Origin: Actinomycetes bacterium | GTDB lineage: Bacteria > Actinomycetota > Actinomycetes > Actinomycetales > Cellulomonadaceae | NCBI GenBank assembly: GCA_023432565.1 | Contig: JAEYUL010000043.1 | Span: 1-61,496, forward strand | Length of the DNA stretch: 61,496 nucleotides | Direction of reading: 5' to 3' | Shown: positions 9,159-18,308 of the stretch, piece after piece | Position numbering within the stretch: position 1 is the first letter of the stretch | Layout of the letters: every line of letters begins with the position of its first letter | Translations under genes and position numbers: made by a program | Notes under the pieces: model-generated | What the model saw: only the letters and a program-made list of their open reading frames with translations | The model's database searches: none | What the model was told of the DNA's origin: nothing

Positions 9159-11756
9159 GTGGTCGGTCCCGACGCACGCACGACCCTGGCGGACGCGGTC
9201 CGCGACGCCGTCCTGGCCCGTACCGACGTCGCCGTGCTCGGCCTGCCGGGTTCCGGGCGCAGCCGCCTGCTGCGCCACGCCCGCGCCACGCTGGAGGACT
9301 CCGCGCTCGACGTTCTCAGCTTCACGGCGGTCCGTGGCGAGGGGCGCCCGCTGGAGTCCCTCGCCCTGGCGGGCCTGCTGACGAGCCCGATCGCGCCCAG
9401 CGCGCTCGCGACGGCGGTGGACCAGCTCGTGCGGCGGCTGTCCGGGCGCCGGAGCGTGCTGATCGTCGACGACGCGGACCGCCTCGACGAGACCTCTGCC
9501 GCCGTCGTCGCCGCCGTCCGTGCGCGCGAGGACACGACCGTCGTCGTCGCCGCCCGGCCGCCCGTCCCTGGGCGGCGCGTCGTGGACCTGGCACTGCGGT
9601 CCGGGGACGCCGTCCTCCTGCCGGTCCCACCGCTCGCGTTCGAGGACGTGCACCGGCTCGCGGTCGAGCTGCTGCCCGGAGGCGTGGACGTCGATGTGGT
9701 GGGCCGCATCTTCGCGCTGTCGGGCGGGCTGCCGGGGATCGCGCGGGCGATCGTCGTCGAGGCGCGACGTGCCGGACGCCTCGTCCCGCAGGGCGGACGA
9801 TGGGTGGCCCGTCAGGACCTCGTCACACCCGCGCTCGCGATGGTCGCCTCTCGCCTGCAGGAAGAGCTCGACGAGGAGTCGCGTGACGCGCTGCACCTGA
9901 TGGCGGCGCTCGGACCGGTCGAGGTCGAGACCGTCCTGCAGCTCGTGCCCTGGACGGTCCTGGTCGCTCTCGACGACCAGGGTCTCGTCCGCTTCGTCGA
10001 GACCGAGGGGCGGCTCGTCGTCGCGCTGTTCCCGCCGGTGCTCGCGGACCACCTGCGGCACGCCGAGCGCGGCGCTCGCGGGTGGCACGCGGCGGGCCGG
10101 ATCAGCGCCGCCCTGGGACGCAGCAGCGACACCCCCGGGCACGACCGTGGCGTCCTGGGTCGGCCCTTGCGCTGGTCGTCGTCACCCGAGTCGGCCGCGG
10201 TGCTGGGCCGTCTGCTGCGGGAGCAGTCGCGGACCCGGCTCCTCGTCCACCGTCGGGCGTGGGAGCGCGAGCCGACAGGGACCTCGACGCTGCTCTACCT
10301 CGACGCGCTGGTGACCGACGGTGCGCCGGCGGCGACGGTCGACTCGGTGCTCGACCACGTCCGCGCGCTGGACCCGCCGCCGGACCCCCTGTCCCAGACC
10401 CTGGTGCTCACGTGGGAGACGGCCTATCGCGCGATCGAGCGGCGTGACCGCGCCGGCGCGCAGCGGGTGCTGGAGCAGGCACGCCGGGACCACCCCGAGC
10501 ATCGCGCGCTGTTCGAGGCGACTCAGGAGCACCTGCGCATGCTCGGCGCCGCACCCGACGGCGCCGTACCGCTCGACCTCGCCGGCCCGGCCGGCGCGAG
10601 CGCGCGACGCGCGAGTCGCCGCCCGCCGTCGGGCACGCGCGACGGCCAGGTCGAGACGGCCGTGGCGATGATCCGGGGCGAGCAGCTGCTGGCCGTCGGG
10701 CGGGTCGTGGACGCCACGGCCGTGCTGGACCGGCTGGCGCTGCCCGCGACCTCGCCCCGGCACGACGGAGAGGCCCTCGCCCCGCTGGCGCGCCTGTGCT
10801 CCGGTGACCTCGACGTCGGCACGTCCACCGCGATGCGGCTCCTCGACGAGGCCGAGGGCGGGCTCGACCAGGCGGAGATCGAGCCGCAGGGGTACACCGT
10901 CGCGCTCGGCCTGTGGCTGCAGGGCAGGCTGACCGACCTGCGCGAGCACCTCACGGTGATGTTCGCCCTCAACGCCCCCTCGCCGCTGCGGCCGCAGCAC
11001 CGCGCAGGGCTGCTCGCGCTCGGCTCGTTCCTCTCGCTGGCCGAGAACAACCTGCCGAGCGCGCACAGCATGACCGAGCAGCTCGAGGCGCTCGGCGTGC
11101 GAGCCGCGGCCTTCCCCGTGGCCCGGCCCGGGTCCGCGCGTGCGGCGCTGGCGCTCGCCTCGGGGCAGGACGCGCAGGCGGCGGCGACGGCCGCGTGGTC
11201 CGCGGTGTCCGCGCTGGTCGACGAGGGCTGGGCGCTGGCAGCGGCGTTCGACGCGACGCTGCTGATCGACCTGCACGTCGAGTCGGACGTCGCGGAGCGT
11301 GCGGCCGTGCTCGCCTCCGCCGCCCAGGGCACGCTGGTGCCTCTGCTCGGCCGTTACCTGCACGCGGCGGTGGCCGGCTCCGCCGACGAGCTGCTCCGGA
11401 CGGCGGACCGTCTGCGCGTGGCCGGGCTGATGCTGCACGCCACGCTCGCGCACGCGAGCGCGCTGCGGGTCCTGCGCCGGCGGGGTGCGACGGGGGCCGC
11501 GGTACGGGAGGCCACCCAGCTGAGGCGCCTCGCGGCGGAGATCGGGCAGGAGCTGACCCTGCTCGTGCCGTCGGCGGCGACGGACGAGCTCACGGCTCGC
11601 GAGCTCGAGGTGGCCCGGCTCGTCGCGTCCGGGATGACCAACAGGGAGGTGGCCGAGCGCCTGGTCGTGAGCGACCGGACGATCGACAACCACCTCTACC
11701 GGATCTACCGCAAGCTGGGGGTGACGTCGCGGGACGAGCTGGCCCGGCTCGTGTGA
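9159..11756 (+). CDS. Large LuxR-family regulator with N-terminal AAA/P-loop domain
   Basis: GLPGSGRS Walker A-like and LIVDDAD Walker B; SGGLPG; C-terminal HTH LTARELEVARLVASGMTNREVAERLVVSDRTIDNHLYRIYRKLG. Start chosen 7 nt after TAGGGT (alternatives 9150, 9153). Confidence 0.88.
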   Translation: MVGPDARTTLADAVRDAVLARTDVAVLGLPGSGRSRLLRHARATLEDSALDVLSFTAVRGEGRPLESLALAGLLTSPIAPSALATAVDQLVRRLSGRRSVLIVDDADRLDETSAAVVAAVRAREDTTVVVAARPPVPGRRVVDLALRSGDAVLLPVPPLAFEDVHRLAVELLPGGVDVDVVGRIFALSGGLPGIARAIVVEARRAGRLVPQGGRWVARQDLVTPALAMVASRLQEELDEESRDALHLMAALGPVEVETVLQLVPWTVLVALDDQGLVRFVETEGRLVVALFPPVLADHLRHAERGARGWHAAGRISAALGRSSDTPGHDRGVLGRPLRWSSSPESAAVLGRLLREQSRTRLLVHRRAWEREPTGTSTLLYLDALVTDGAPAATVDSVLDHVRALDPPPDPLSQTLVLTWETAYRAIERRDRAGAQRVLEQARRDHPEHRALFEATQEHLRMLGAAPDGAVPLDLAGPAGASARRASRRPPSGTRDGQVETAVAMIRGEQLLAVGRVVDATAVLDRLALPATSPRHDGEALAPLARLCSGDLDVGTSTAMRLLDEAEGGLDQAEIEPQGYTVALGLWLQGRLTDLREHLTVMFALNAPSPLRPQHRAGLLALGSFLSLAENNLPSAHSMTEQLEALGVRAAAFPVARPGSARAALALASGQDAQAAATAAWSAVSALVDEGWALAAAFDATLLIDLHVESDVAERAAVLASAAQGTLVPLLGRYLHAAVAGSADELLRTADRLRVAGLMLHATLAHASALRVLRRRGATGAAVREATQLRRLAAEIGQELTLLVPSAATDELTARELEVARLVASGMTNREVAERLVVSDRTIDNHLYRIYRKLGVTSRDELARLV

Positions 11757-11770
11757 CGCCCGCTCGGTGC

Positions 11771-11869
11771 GGGCTCAGCGCGTCACGTCGCGTGCTCGCG
11801 TGCCGCACGGGCGGTGCTCAGGTGCCGTGCCGGGTGGTGCTCACGTGCGTGCTGCCGTCCCTGAGCACC
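11771..11869. promoter_or_regulatory. Phased G(T/G)GCTC repeats, candidate regulator operator array
   Basis: GGGCTC 11771, GTGCTC 11792, 11814 and 11837 (spacing 21/22/23 nt), plus an inverted TGAGCACC at 11862-11869. Confidence 0.5.
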
Positions 11870-11954
11870 CGTCGGCCGTCTCGTTCGATGGAGGCACACG
11901 CGGCCGAGGGGGTCGCCGACGCCCGGGTAGCCCGGGCGGGGAGGGAGCGGCTCC

Positions 11955-12110
11955 ATGGACCTGATCGCTCGGGTCGCGTCGGTCGGGACCGGCGCGCGCG
12001 TCCGCCCGGACCGGGTGGCCGGCCGGATGCTCGTGCCCGCACCCGCGGCGTCGGCGGTCGCCCGGGGCGCCTGGTGGTGGCGCCCCGCCCACGGGTGGGC
12101 GGCGCAGTGA
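11955..12110 (+). CDS. Putative 51-aa Trp-rich peptide (…GAWWWRPAHGWAAQ)
   Basis: GAGGGAG RBS before ATG 11955; in-frame alternative ATG at 12027; stop overlaps the next start (GTGA). Below the ORF-track size cutoff. Confidence 0.4.
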   Translation: MDLIARVASVGTGARVRPDRVAGRMLVPAPAASAVARGAWWWRPAHGWAAQ

Positions 12111-12310
12111 GCCGCCGGGTGCTCGACCGCGTGTCACGGACGGACCCGTACCTGCCCGCGGACTGGTGGCGCGAGCTGGACCGGGCCGTCGTGATCGACC
12201 GGCTGGGCCGCAACCGCCCCACGGAGACACCCTTCGGCCGCCTGGCGGTGCCGCCGCTGTACGCGAGGGTGCGGACCGTGCCCTCCCCGCAGCGGTCACG
12301 GGGCGCCTGA
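12107..12310 (+). CDS. Putative 67-aa hypothetical protein
   Basis: GTG overlaps the upstream TGA; protein-like sequence (DPYLPADWWRELDRAVVIDRLG) with GC-rich third positions. Confidence 0.5.
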   Translation: MSRRVLDRVSRTDPYLPADWWRELDRAVVIDRLGRNRPTETPFGRLAVPPLYARVRTVPSPQRSRGA

Positions 12311-12414
12311 TCGGGCGCGTCCCGGCGGACACCTGACCCCGGGACGCGCCCGCCATGACGGCGCGTCGTGGGCCGACGCCCGGGCTCCGGGGCGGCTCAC
12401 CTAGGATCGGCCCC

Positions 12415-14199
12415 ATGTCCCGCATCCTGTCGGCCGTCGCGTGGCCCTACGCGAACGGCCCCCGCCACATCGGTCATGTCGCCGGCTTCGGTGTCCCCTC
12501 GGACGTCTTCTCGCGGTACATGCGCATGGCGGGCCACGACGTCCTGATGGTCTCGGGGACCGACGAGCACGGCACGCCGATCCTCGTCGAGGCCGAGAAG
12601 CAGGGGACGACGGCGCAGGCGCTCGCGGACCGCTACAACCGCGTGATCGTCGAGGACCTCACGGCGCTCGGCCTCACCTACGACCTGTTCACCCGCACGA
12701 CGACCCGCAACCACTACGCGGTCGTGCAGGAGATGTTCCGGACGGTGCACAAGAACGGGTACATGGTCGAGAAGACGACCATGGGCGCGATCAGCCCGAG
12801 CACGGGTCGCACCCTGCCCGACCGGTACATCGAGGGCACGTGCCCGATCTGCGGGTACGACGGTGCGCGCGGTGACCAGTGCGACAACTGCGGCAACCAG
12901 CTCGACCCGATCGACCTGATCAACCCGCGCAGCCGCGTGAACGGCGAGACGCCGAAGTTCGTCGAGTCGACGCACTTCTTCCTCGACCTGCCGGCGTTCT
13001 CGAACGCGCTCGAGACGTGGCTGCGCGGCCGCAAGGACTGGCGCCCGAACGTCCTGAACTTCAGCCTCAACCTCATCGACGACATGCGTCCGCGTGCCAT
13101 GACGCGGGACATCGACTGGGGCATCCCGGTCCCGCTCGAGGGCTGGGAGCAGAACCCGAACAAGCGGCTGTACGTGTGGTTCGACGCGGTGATCGGGTAC
13201 CTGTCGGCATCCATCGAGTGGGCCCGTCGCTCGGGGGACGACGACGCGTGGCGCCGGTGGTGGAACGACCCCGAGGCGCTCTCGTACTACTTCATGGGCA
13301 AGGACAACATCACCTTCCACTCCCAGATCTGGCCCGCGGAGCTGCTCGGGTACGACGGCCTGGGGGACAAGGGCGGCTCGCCCGGGTCGTACGGCCAGCT
13401 GCAGCTGCCGACCGAGGTGGTCAGCAGCGAGTTCCTCACCATGGAGGGCAAGAAGTTCGCGTCGTCCCGCGGGATCGTCATCTACGTGCGCGACATGCTC
13501 GCGCGCTACCAGCCGGACGCGCTGCGCTACTTCATCTCGGTCGCCGGCCCGGAGAACCAGGACGCCGACTTCACGTGGGCGGACTTCCTGCGCCGCACGA
13601 ACGACGAGCTCGTCGCCGGCTGGGGCAACCTGGTGAACCGGACCGCGAGCATGATCCACAAGAACTTCGGCGAGATCCCCGCGGCCGGCCCGCTGCACGA
13701 GGTCGACGCGGCGATCCTGCGGCAGTCGTCGGAGGCGTTCGGGAAGGTCGGTGAGCTGATCGGCACGCACCGCCACCGGGCGGCGATCGACGCGGCGATG
13801 CGTCTGGTCCAGGAGGCCAACCGCTACGTCTCGGAGACCGAGCCGTGGAAGCTCAAGACGGACCGCGAGCGGCTCGGCACCGTGCTGAACACCGCCGCGC
13901 AGGTGGTGAGCGACGCGAACACGCTGCTCGCGCCGTTCCTGCCGCACTCGGCGCAGAAGGTGCACGAGACGCTCGGCGGCACGGGGGTGTTCGCCCCGCA
14001 GCCGCGGATCGAGGAGGTCACGGACCTCGACGACGCCTCGCGGCAGTACCCGGTCATCACGGGCGACTACGCCGACGTCCCGGCGTGGGCGTCGGCGCGC
14101 CTGGTGCCGGGGACGGCGGTCGCCCAGCCGACCCCGGTCTTCACCAAGCTCGACGACTCGATCGTCGAGGAGGAGCTCGAGCGCTACCAGGCACGGTGA
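12415..14199 (+). CDS. metG: Methionine--tRNA ligase
   Basis: [12 protein letters not shown] (HIGH), SGTDEHG, Zn knuckle CPIC…[18 protein letters not shown] and KFASS (KMSKS equivalent). Confidence 0.98.
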   Translation: MSRILSAVAWPYANGPRHIGHVAGFGVPSDVFSRYMRMAGHDVLMVSGTDEHGTPILVEAEKQGTTAQALADRYNRVIVEDLTALGLTYDLFTRTTTRNHYAVVQEMFRTVHKNGYMVEKTTMGAISPSTGRTLPDRYIEGTCPICGYDGARGDQCDNCGNQLDPIDLINPRSRVNGETPKFVESTHFFLDLPAFSNALETWLRGRKDWRPNVLNFSLNLIDDMRPRAMTRDIDWGIPVPLEGWEQNPNKRLYVWFDAVIGYLSASIEWARRSGDDDAWRRWWNDPEALSYYFMGKDNITFHSQIWPAELLGYDGLGDKGGSPGSYGQLQLPTEVVSSEFLTMEGKKFASSRGIVIYVRDMLARYQPDALRYFISVAGPENQDADFTWADFLRRTNDELVAGWGNLVNRTASMIHKNFGEIPAAGPLHEVDAAILRQSSEAFGKVGELIGTHRHRAAIDAAMRLVQEANRYVSETEPWKLKTDRERLGTVLNTAAQVVSDANTLLAPFLPHSAQKVHETLGGTGVFAPQPRIEEVTDLDDASRQYPVITGDYADVPAWASARLVPGTAVAQPTPVFTKLDDSIVEEELERYQAR

Positions 14200-15149
14200 T
14201 GGCACGAGCGCGTGAGCGGGGTTGGCCCGCGCCGCCCGAGCCGCTGCCGGTCCCGGTCGTCGACAACCACACGCACCTGGAGACCGTCGTCACGTGGCGT
14301 GCGCCGGGCTGGTCCGGTCCGTCCGCCGACGACGCGGACGCGGCCGGGCTCGCGGCGCCCACGCTCACCGACCACCTGTCGCGGGCGGCCGACGTCGGTG
14401 TGCCGCGGATGGTCCAGGTGGGGTGCGACGTGCGGGCGGTGCGCTGGACCGACGAGGTGGTGCGCGAGCACGACGCCCTGCTCGGGGCGGTCGCGATCCA
14501 CCCGAACGAGGCGGTGCTGCACGCGGGGGTGCGCGAGGTCGCGCCCGACGGGCTCGACCCGGACCCGCAGCCGTGGCACGAGGTCCCGCTCGACGAGGCG
14601 CTCGACCTGGTGGCGCGCACGGCGCGCGGCAACGGGCGCATCCGCGCGATCGGCGAGACCGGTCTGGACTTCTTCCGTGCGGGTCCGCGCGGCCGCGAGG
14701 TGCAGCGCGAGGCCTTCCGTGCGCACATCGCGCTGGCCAAGGAGCTGGGGCTCGCGCTGCAGATCCACGACCGGGACGCGCACGACGACGTCGTCGACGT
14801 GCTGCTGCGCGACGGGGCCCCCGAGCGCACGGTGTTCCACTGCTTCTCGGGCGGGGTCGAGCTGGCCGGTCTGGCCGCCGAGAAGGGCTGGTTCTGCTCG
14901 TTCGCCGGGCCGGTCTCGTTCCCGGCGAACACGCACCTGCGGGACGCGGCGCGCGTCCTGCCCGCGCGCCTGCTCCTCGTCGAGACCGATGCGCCGTACC
15001 TCACGGTCCATCCGTGGCGCGGGCGGCCGAACGCGCCGTACCTGCTGCCCGGCACGGTCCGGGCGCTCGCCGAGGCCAGGGGAGAGGACCTGACGCAGCT
15101 GTGCCGGGTCCTGGAGCGGACGTCGCTGGAGGTCTACGGCTCTTGGTGA
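14199..15149 (+). CDS. tatD: TatD-family nuclease
   Basis: DNHTH, AIHPN, IGETGLD, IHDR, HCFSG and ETDAPYL motifs; TGATG coupling to metG. Confidence 0.93.
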   Translation: MARARERGWPAPPEPLPVPVVDNHTHLETVVTWRAPGWSGPSADDADAAGLAAPTLTDHLSRAADVGVPRMVQVGCDVRAVRWTDEVVREHDALLGAVAIHPNEAVLHAGVREVAPDGLDPDPQPWHEVPLDEALDLVARTARGNGRIRAIGETGLDFFRAGPRGREVQREAFRAHIALAKELGLALQIHDRDAHDDVVDVLLRDGAPERTVFHCFSGGVELAGLAAEKGWFCSFAGPVSFPANTHLRDAARVLPARLLLVETDAPYLTVHPWRGRPNAPYLLPGTVRALAEARGEDLTQLCRVLERTSLEVYGSW

Positions 15150-15262
15150 GCCCCGCGAGCGATCGGCCGGCAGCCCGACGACACGCCGACGACACGCCGA
15201 AGGGTGTCGCGCGAGCGGGTGACCGCAGCGTGGACAGGTCCAGACACCGGCTACCGCGGCCG

Positions 15263-15281
15263 ATCACGAATCAGTTACGGT
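15263..15281 (+). promoter_or_regulatory. MtrA/GlnR-type direct repeat ATCAC-N6-GTTAC overlapping a TACGGT -10
   Basis: The same arrangement recurs at 16704 and, for the box only, at 33706. Confidence 0.6.
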
Positions 15282-15366
15282 CGGACGTGCGTGCGGCCTG
15301 GGCAGGGCTGACGAGCACGACGGACCGACCCCGGACCGACCCCAGACCGACGGAAGGACGCCTCGC

Positions 15367-16605
15367 GTGAGCTCCGCGCACAGCAGCCCGCACCGCCGGG
15401 ACGAGGCGCATCGCGCCGCCGCCCGGGCCGGTGGGGCTGCCCCGCGGCGAGCCCGTGGCGGCCGCGTCGGCGCGCGTGTCGCGCAGGGCGTCGTCGTGGC
15501 GCTCGTCGTCGGTGCGACCAGCGCGTTCGCCGTCCTGCACAAGGAGGTCACCGTCGACGTCGACGGCGAGCTCGTGCAGGTCGAGGGCTTCGGCCGCACC
15601 GTCGGCCAGGTCCTGGCGGCGGGCGGCATCACGGTCGGCGAGCGCGACCTCGTCGCACCGGCCGCGAACCAGCTGGTGGCCAAGGGCGAGCAGATCGTCG
15701 TGCGGCACGCACGCCAGCTCGAGGTCGAGGTGGACGGCGCGCCGGAGACCGTGTGGACCACGGCCCTGACGGTCGGTGAAGCCGTCGAGGCGCTCGGTCT
15801 GCGTGACGGGGAGGTCCGGCTGTCGGCGTCCCGGTCGTCGTCGCTGGGCCGCGAGACGCTGCACGTCTCGACGCAGAAGACCATCCACCTCGTCGTGGAC
15901 GGCCAGGTGATCGACGGCGTCTCGACCGCGACGACGGTGCGCGACGCGCTGCGGGACATCGGCCTCGTGCTGAACGAGGGCGACCAGCTGTCCGTGCCGC
16001 TCGACGCGGCCGCGGTCGACGGCCTCGCCGTCCTGGTGACGCGCGGTCAGAGCAGCGGCGAGGTCGTCACCGAGGCGCTGCCGTTCGAGACGCAGGAGAT
16101 CGAGGACGACGGCCTCGTCAAGGGCACCCGGATCGTCACGCAGGCCGGCCGCGCGGGCGTGCGCACGACGACCTACGACCTGGAGGTCGTCGGTGGCGTC
16201 GTCGTCGGCCGCACGGTGGTCACCTCGATCATCACGAGGGCGCCGGTCACGCAGATCGTCAAGGTCGGCACGTCGCAGCTGCCGACGAACGTGAAGGTCT
16301 CCCCGGGCAGCGCACAGGCGCTCGGCAAGGAGATGGCAGCGGCGCGGGGCTGGGGTGACGACCAGTTCGCGTGCCTGCTCACGCTGTGGAACCACGAGAG
16401 CGGCTGGCGGGTCGACGCGCACAACAAGAGCTCGGGTGCGTACGGCATCCCGCAGGCGCTGCCCGGGTCGAAGATGGCCTCCGTCGCGAGCGACTGGCGG
16501 ACGAATCCTGCGACGCAGATCACATGGGGCCTGAACTACATCAAGGGGCGTTACAAGACACCGTGCGGCGCTTGGGCGCATTTCACGCAGAAGCACTGGT
16601 ACTGA
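15367..16605 (+). CDS. DUF348/G5-domain protein with a C-terminal non-Rpf lytic-transglycosylase-like domain
   Basis: HKEVTVDVDG, WTTALTV and TVRDAL repeats; G5 (LPFETQEIED…GRAG…VKVGT); C-terminal LWNHESGW…SSGAYGIPQALPGSKMAS…NPATQITWG…WY. Confidence 0.88.
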   Translation: MSSAHSSPHRRDEAHRAAARAGGAAPRRARGGRVGARVAQGVVVALVVGATSAFAVLHKEVTVDVDGELVQVEGFGRTVGQVLAAGGITVGERDLVAPAANQLVAKGEQIVVRHARQLEVEVDGAPETVWTTALTVGEAVEALGLRDGEVRLSASRSSSLGRETLHVSTQKTIHLVVDGQVIDGVSTATTVRDALRDIGLVLNEGDQLSVPLDAAAVDGLAVLVTRGQSSGEVVTEALPFETQEIEDDGLVKGTRIVTQAGRAGVRTTTYDLEVVGGVVVGRTVVTSIITRAPVTQIVKVGTSQLPTNVKVSPGSAQALGKEMAAARGWGDDQFACLLTLWNHESGWRVDAHNKSSGAYGIPQALPGSKMASVASDWRTNPATQITWGLNYIKGRYKTPCGAWAHFTQKHWY

Positions 16606-16703
16606 CGATCCCTTGACCGACGCCTGTCCCTTGCATGGGGCGGAGCTGGCCAGGACGTGACGATCGACCGCCGGTGGCCCGGGCGGCGACGGTTGGCGCT
16701 CTG

Positions 16704-16722
16704 ATCACGATCGGGTTACGGT
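16704..16722 (+). promoter_or_regulatory. MtrA/GlnR-type direct repeat ATCAC-N6-GTTAC overlapping a TACGGT -10 of rpfB
   Basis: ATCACGATCGGGTTACGGT; rpf genes are established MtrA targets in actinobacteria. Confidence 0.65.
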
Positions 16723-16947
16723 CGCCTGTCGTTGCTCCGTCCGTGGCCCGCAGACCATCGCGGGTGGGGAGCTGCGACGCGTCGGGCCCGGGGTCCGACC
16801 TCAGACAGCCGGATCGGGGATCCGGAACCGACGGTGGGGGCTCCCTCCAGCTGCCACAGCAGACCGGCTCGACCGGCCCTGCACGTCGGGTGTCCATGCC
16901 GGACGCGCTCCGCCCCCCGTGCCGGGAACCACGACGGCTGGAGCCCT

Positions 16948-18195
16948 GTGCCCTTCTCGACCCGCATCGTCCGCCTCTTCTCGCGCCAGCGCGCCACCTC
17001 GTCGGACACCACGGACAGCACCGTGGACCCCACGACGACCCCCACGACCGAGCCTGAGGGCGGCCGACCGGGCCGAAGGATCGCCCTGCCCGCGGCGATC
17101 GTCGCCGGTGCCCTCGTCCTGGGCGGCGGCGGTGCCGCCTTCGCCCACGCCCACAAGACCGTGACCCTCGACGTCGACGGGCAGGTCCGTGAGGTCACGA
17201 CCTTCGCCGGATCTGTGGACGGCCTCCTCGACGACCACGGTGTCGTCCTCGCCGAGCGCGACGCGGTCACGCCCACGGGACGCCTGTCCGACGGCGCCGT
17301 CGTCACGGTGCGCACCGCGCACCAGGTGACCGTCTCGCGCGACGGGCAGGAGCGCACGATCTGGACGACCGCGCTCACCGCCGACGAGGCGCTCGACCTG
17401 CTCGCTGTGCGCGACCCGGACGTCCAGCTCGTGGCGTCGCGCTCCTCGGAGGGGCGCCCCGAGCTCCCGCTCGACCTGTCGCTGCGCGGCCCCGCGACGA
17501 TCGTCGTCGACGGTCAGTCGCTCGAGGTCGACGACGCGCGCACCACGGTCGCCGAGGCTCTCGAGGCCGCGGGCATCGAGCTCGGCGAGCACGACACGGT
17601 CGCGCTCGACAACGACGAGGCCGGTCACGTGCGCGTCGTCGTGCAGCGCGTGGTCATCGAGACCGTGACGCGCACCGAGGAGATCGCGTTCTCCTCGACG
17701 ACGAAGGACGACCCCTCGCGCTACCAGGGCACCAAGGTCGTGACGACCAAGGGCGTCGCGGGCGTGCGCACGATCGTCGAGCAGGTGACGACGGTCGACG
17801 GCAAGGAGACCGAGCGCGTGCTCGTCTCCGACACGCAGACCACGGACCCGGTCGACGAGGTCGTGGCGGTCGGCACCAAGAAGCGAGCCCCCGTGACGTC
17901 GGGCGGTGGCGGTGGCGGCGGCAAGTCGGGCCCCATCGGCGACACGCGTGACGCCGACTCGCTGAACTGGGCCGCGCTCGCCAAGTGCGAGTCCGGCGGC
18001 AACCCGCGCATCGTGTCCTCGAACGGCCTGTACCACGGGCTCTACCAGTTCTCGGTGGGCACGTGGCGCTCGGTCGGCGGCGCGGGCCTGCCGTCGCAGG
18101 CCTCGCCCGCGGAGCAGACCGCGCGCGCCAAGATGCTGTACCTGCGCTCGGGCGCCGGGCAGTGGCCGCACTGCGGGCCGCGCCTGTTCACCTGA
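16948..18195 (+). CDS. rpfB: Resuscitation-promoting factor RpfB (DUF348, G5, Rpf domain)
   Basis: Rpf domain LNWAALAKCESGGN…NGLYHGLYQF…TW…EQ…GQWPHC; lies directly upstream of rsmA; GGAG before GTG 16948. Confidence 0.92.
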   Translation: MPFSTRIVRLFSRQRATSSDTTDSTVDPTTTPTTEPEGGRPGRRIALPAAIVAGALVLGGGGAAFAHAHKTVTLDVDGQVREVTTFAGSVDGLLDDHGVVLAERDAVTPTGRLSDGAVVTVRTAHQVTVSRDGQERTIWTTALTADEALDLLAVRDPDVQLVASRSSEGRPELPLDLSLRGPATIVVDGQSLEVDDARTTVAEALEAAGIELGEHDTVALDNDEAGHVRVVVQRVVIETVTRTEEIAFSSTTKDDPSRYQGTKVVTTKGVAGVRTIVEQVTTVDGKETERVLVSDTQTTDPVDEVVAVGTKKRAPVTSGGGGGGGKSGPIGDTRDADSLNWAALAKCESGGNPRIVSSNGLYHGLYQFSVGTWRSVGGAGLPSQASPAEQTARAKMLYLRSGAGQWPHCGPRLFT

Positions 18196-18308
18196 GCACG
18201 GCAGCGCGCGAGCTCGACGAGCACGACGAGGGCGCCCGTCCCGGACCGCACCGTTCCCGCGAGGGACCGGTGGCGCGACCGGGGCGGGCGCCCTCGTAGG
18301 CTTGCGGC

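Noticed and set aside
11955..12110. RiPP precursor
   Set aside because: No modifying enzyme, protease or exporter is adjacent.
16729..16947. c-di-AMP (ydaO) riboswitch upstream of rpfB
   Set aside because: Hallmark segments (GCCGAATCC, GGGGTGAAT, CCCGTCAGCTAAC) are not present. Kept only as an unassigned structured leader.
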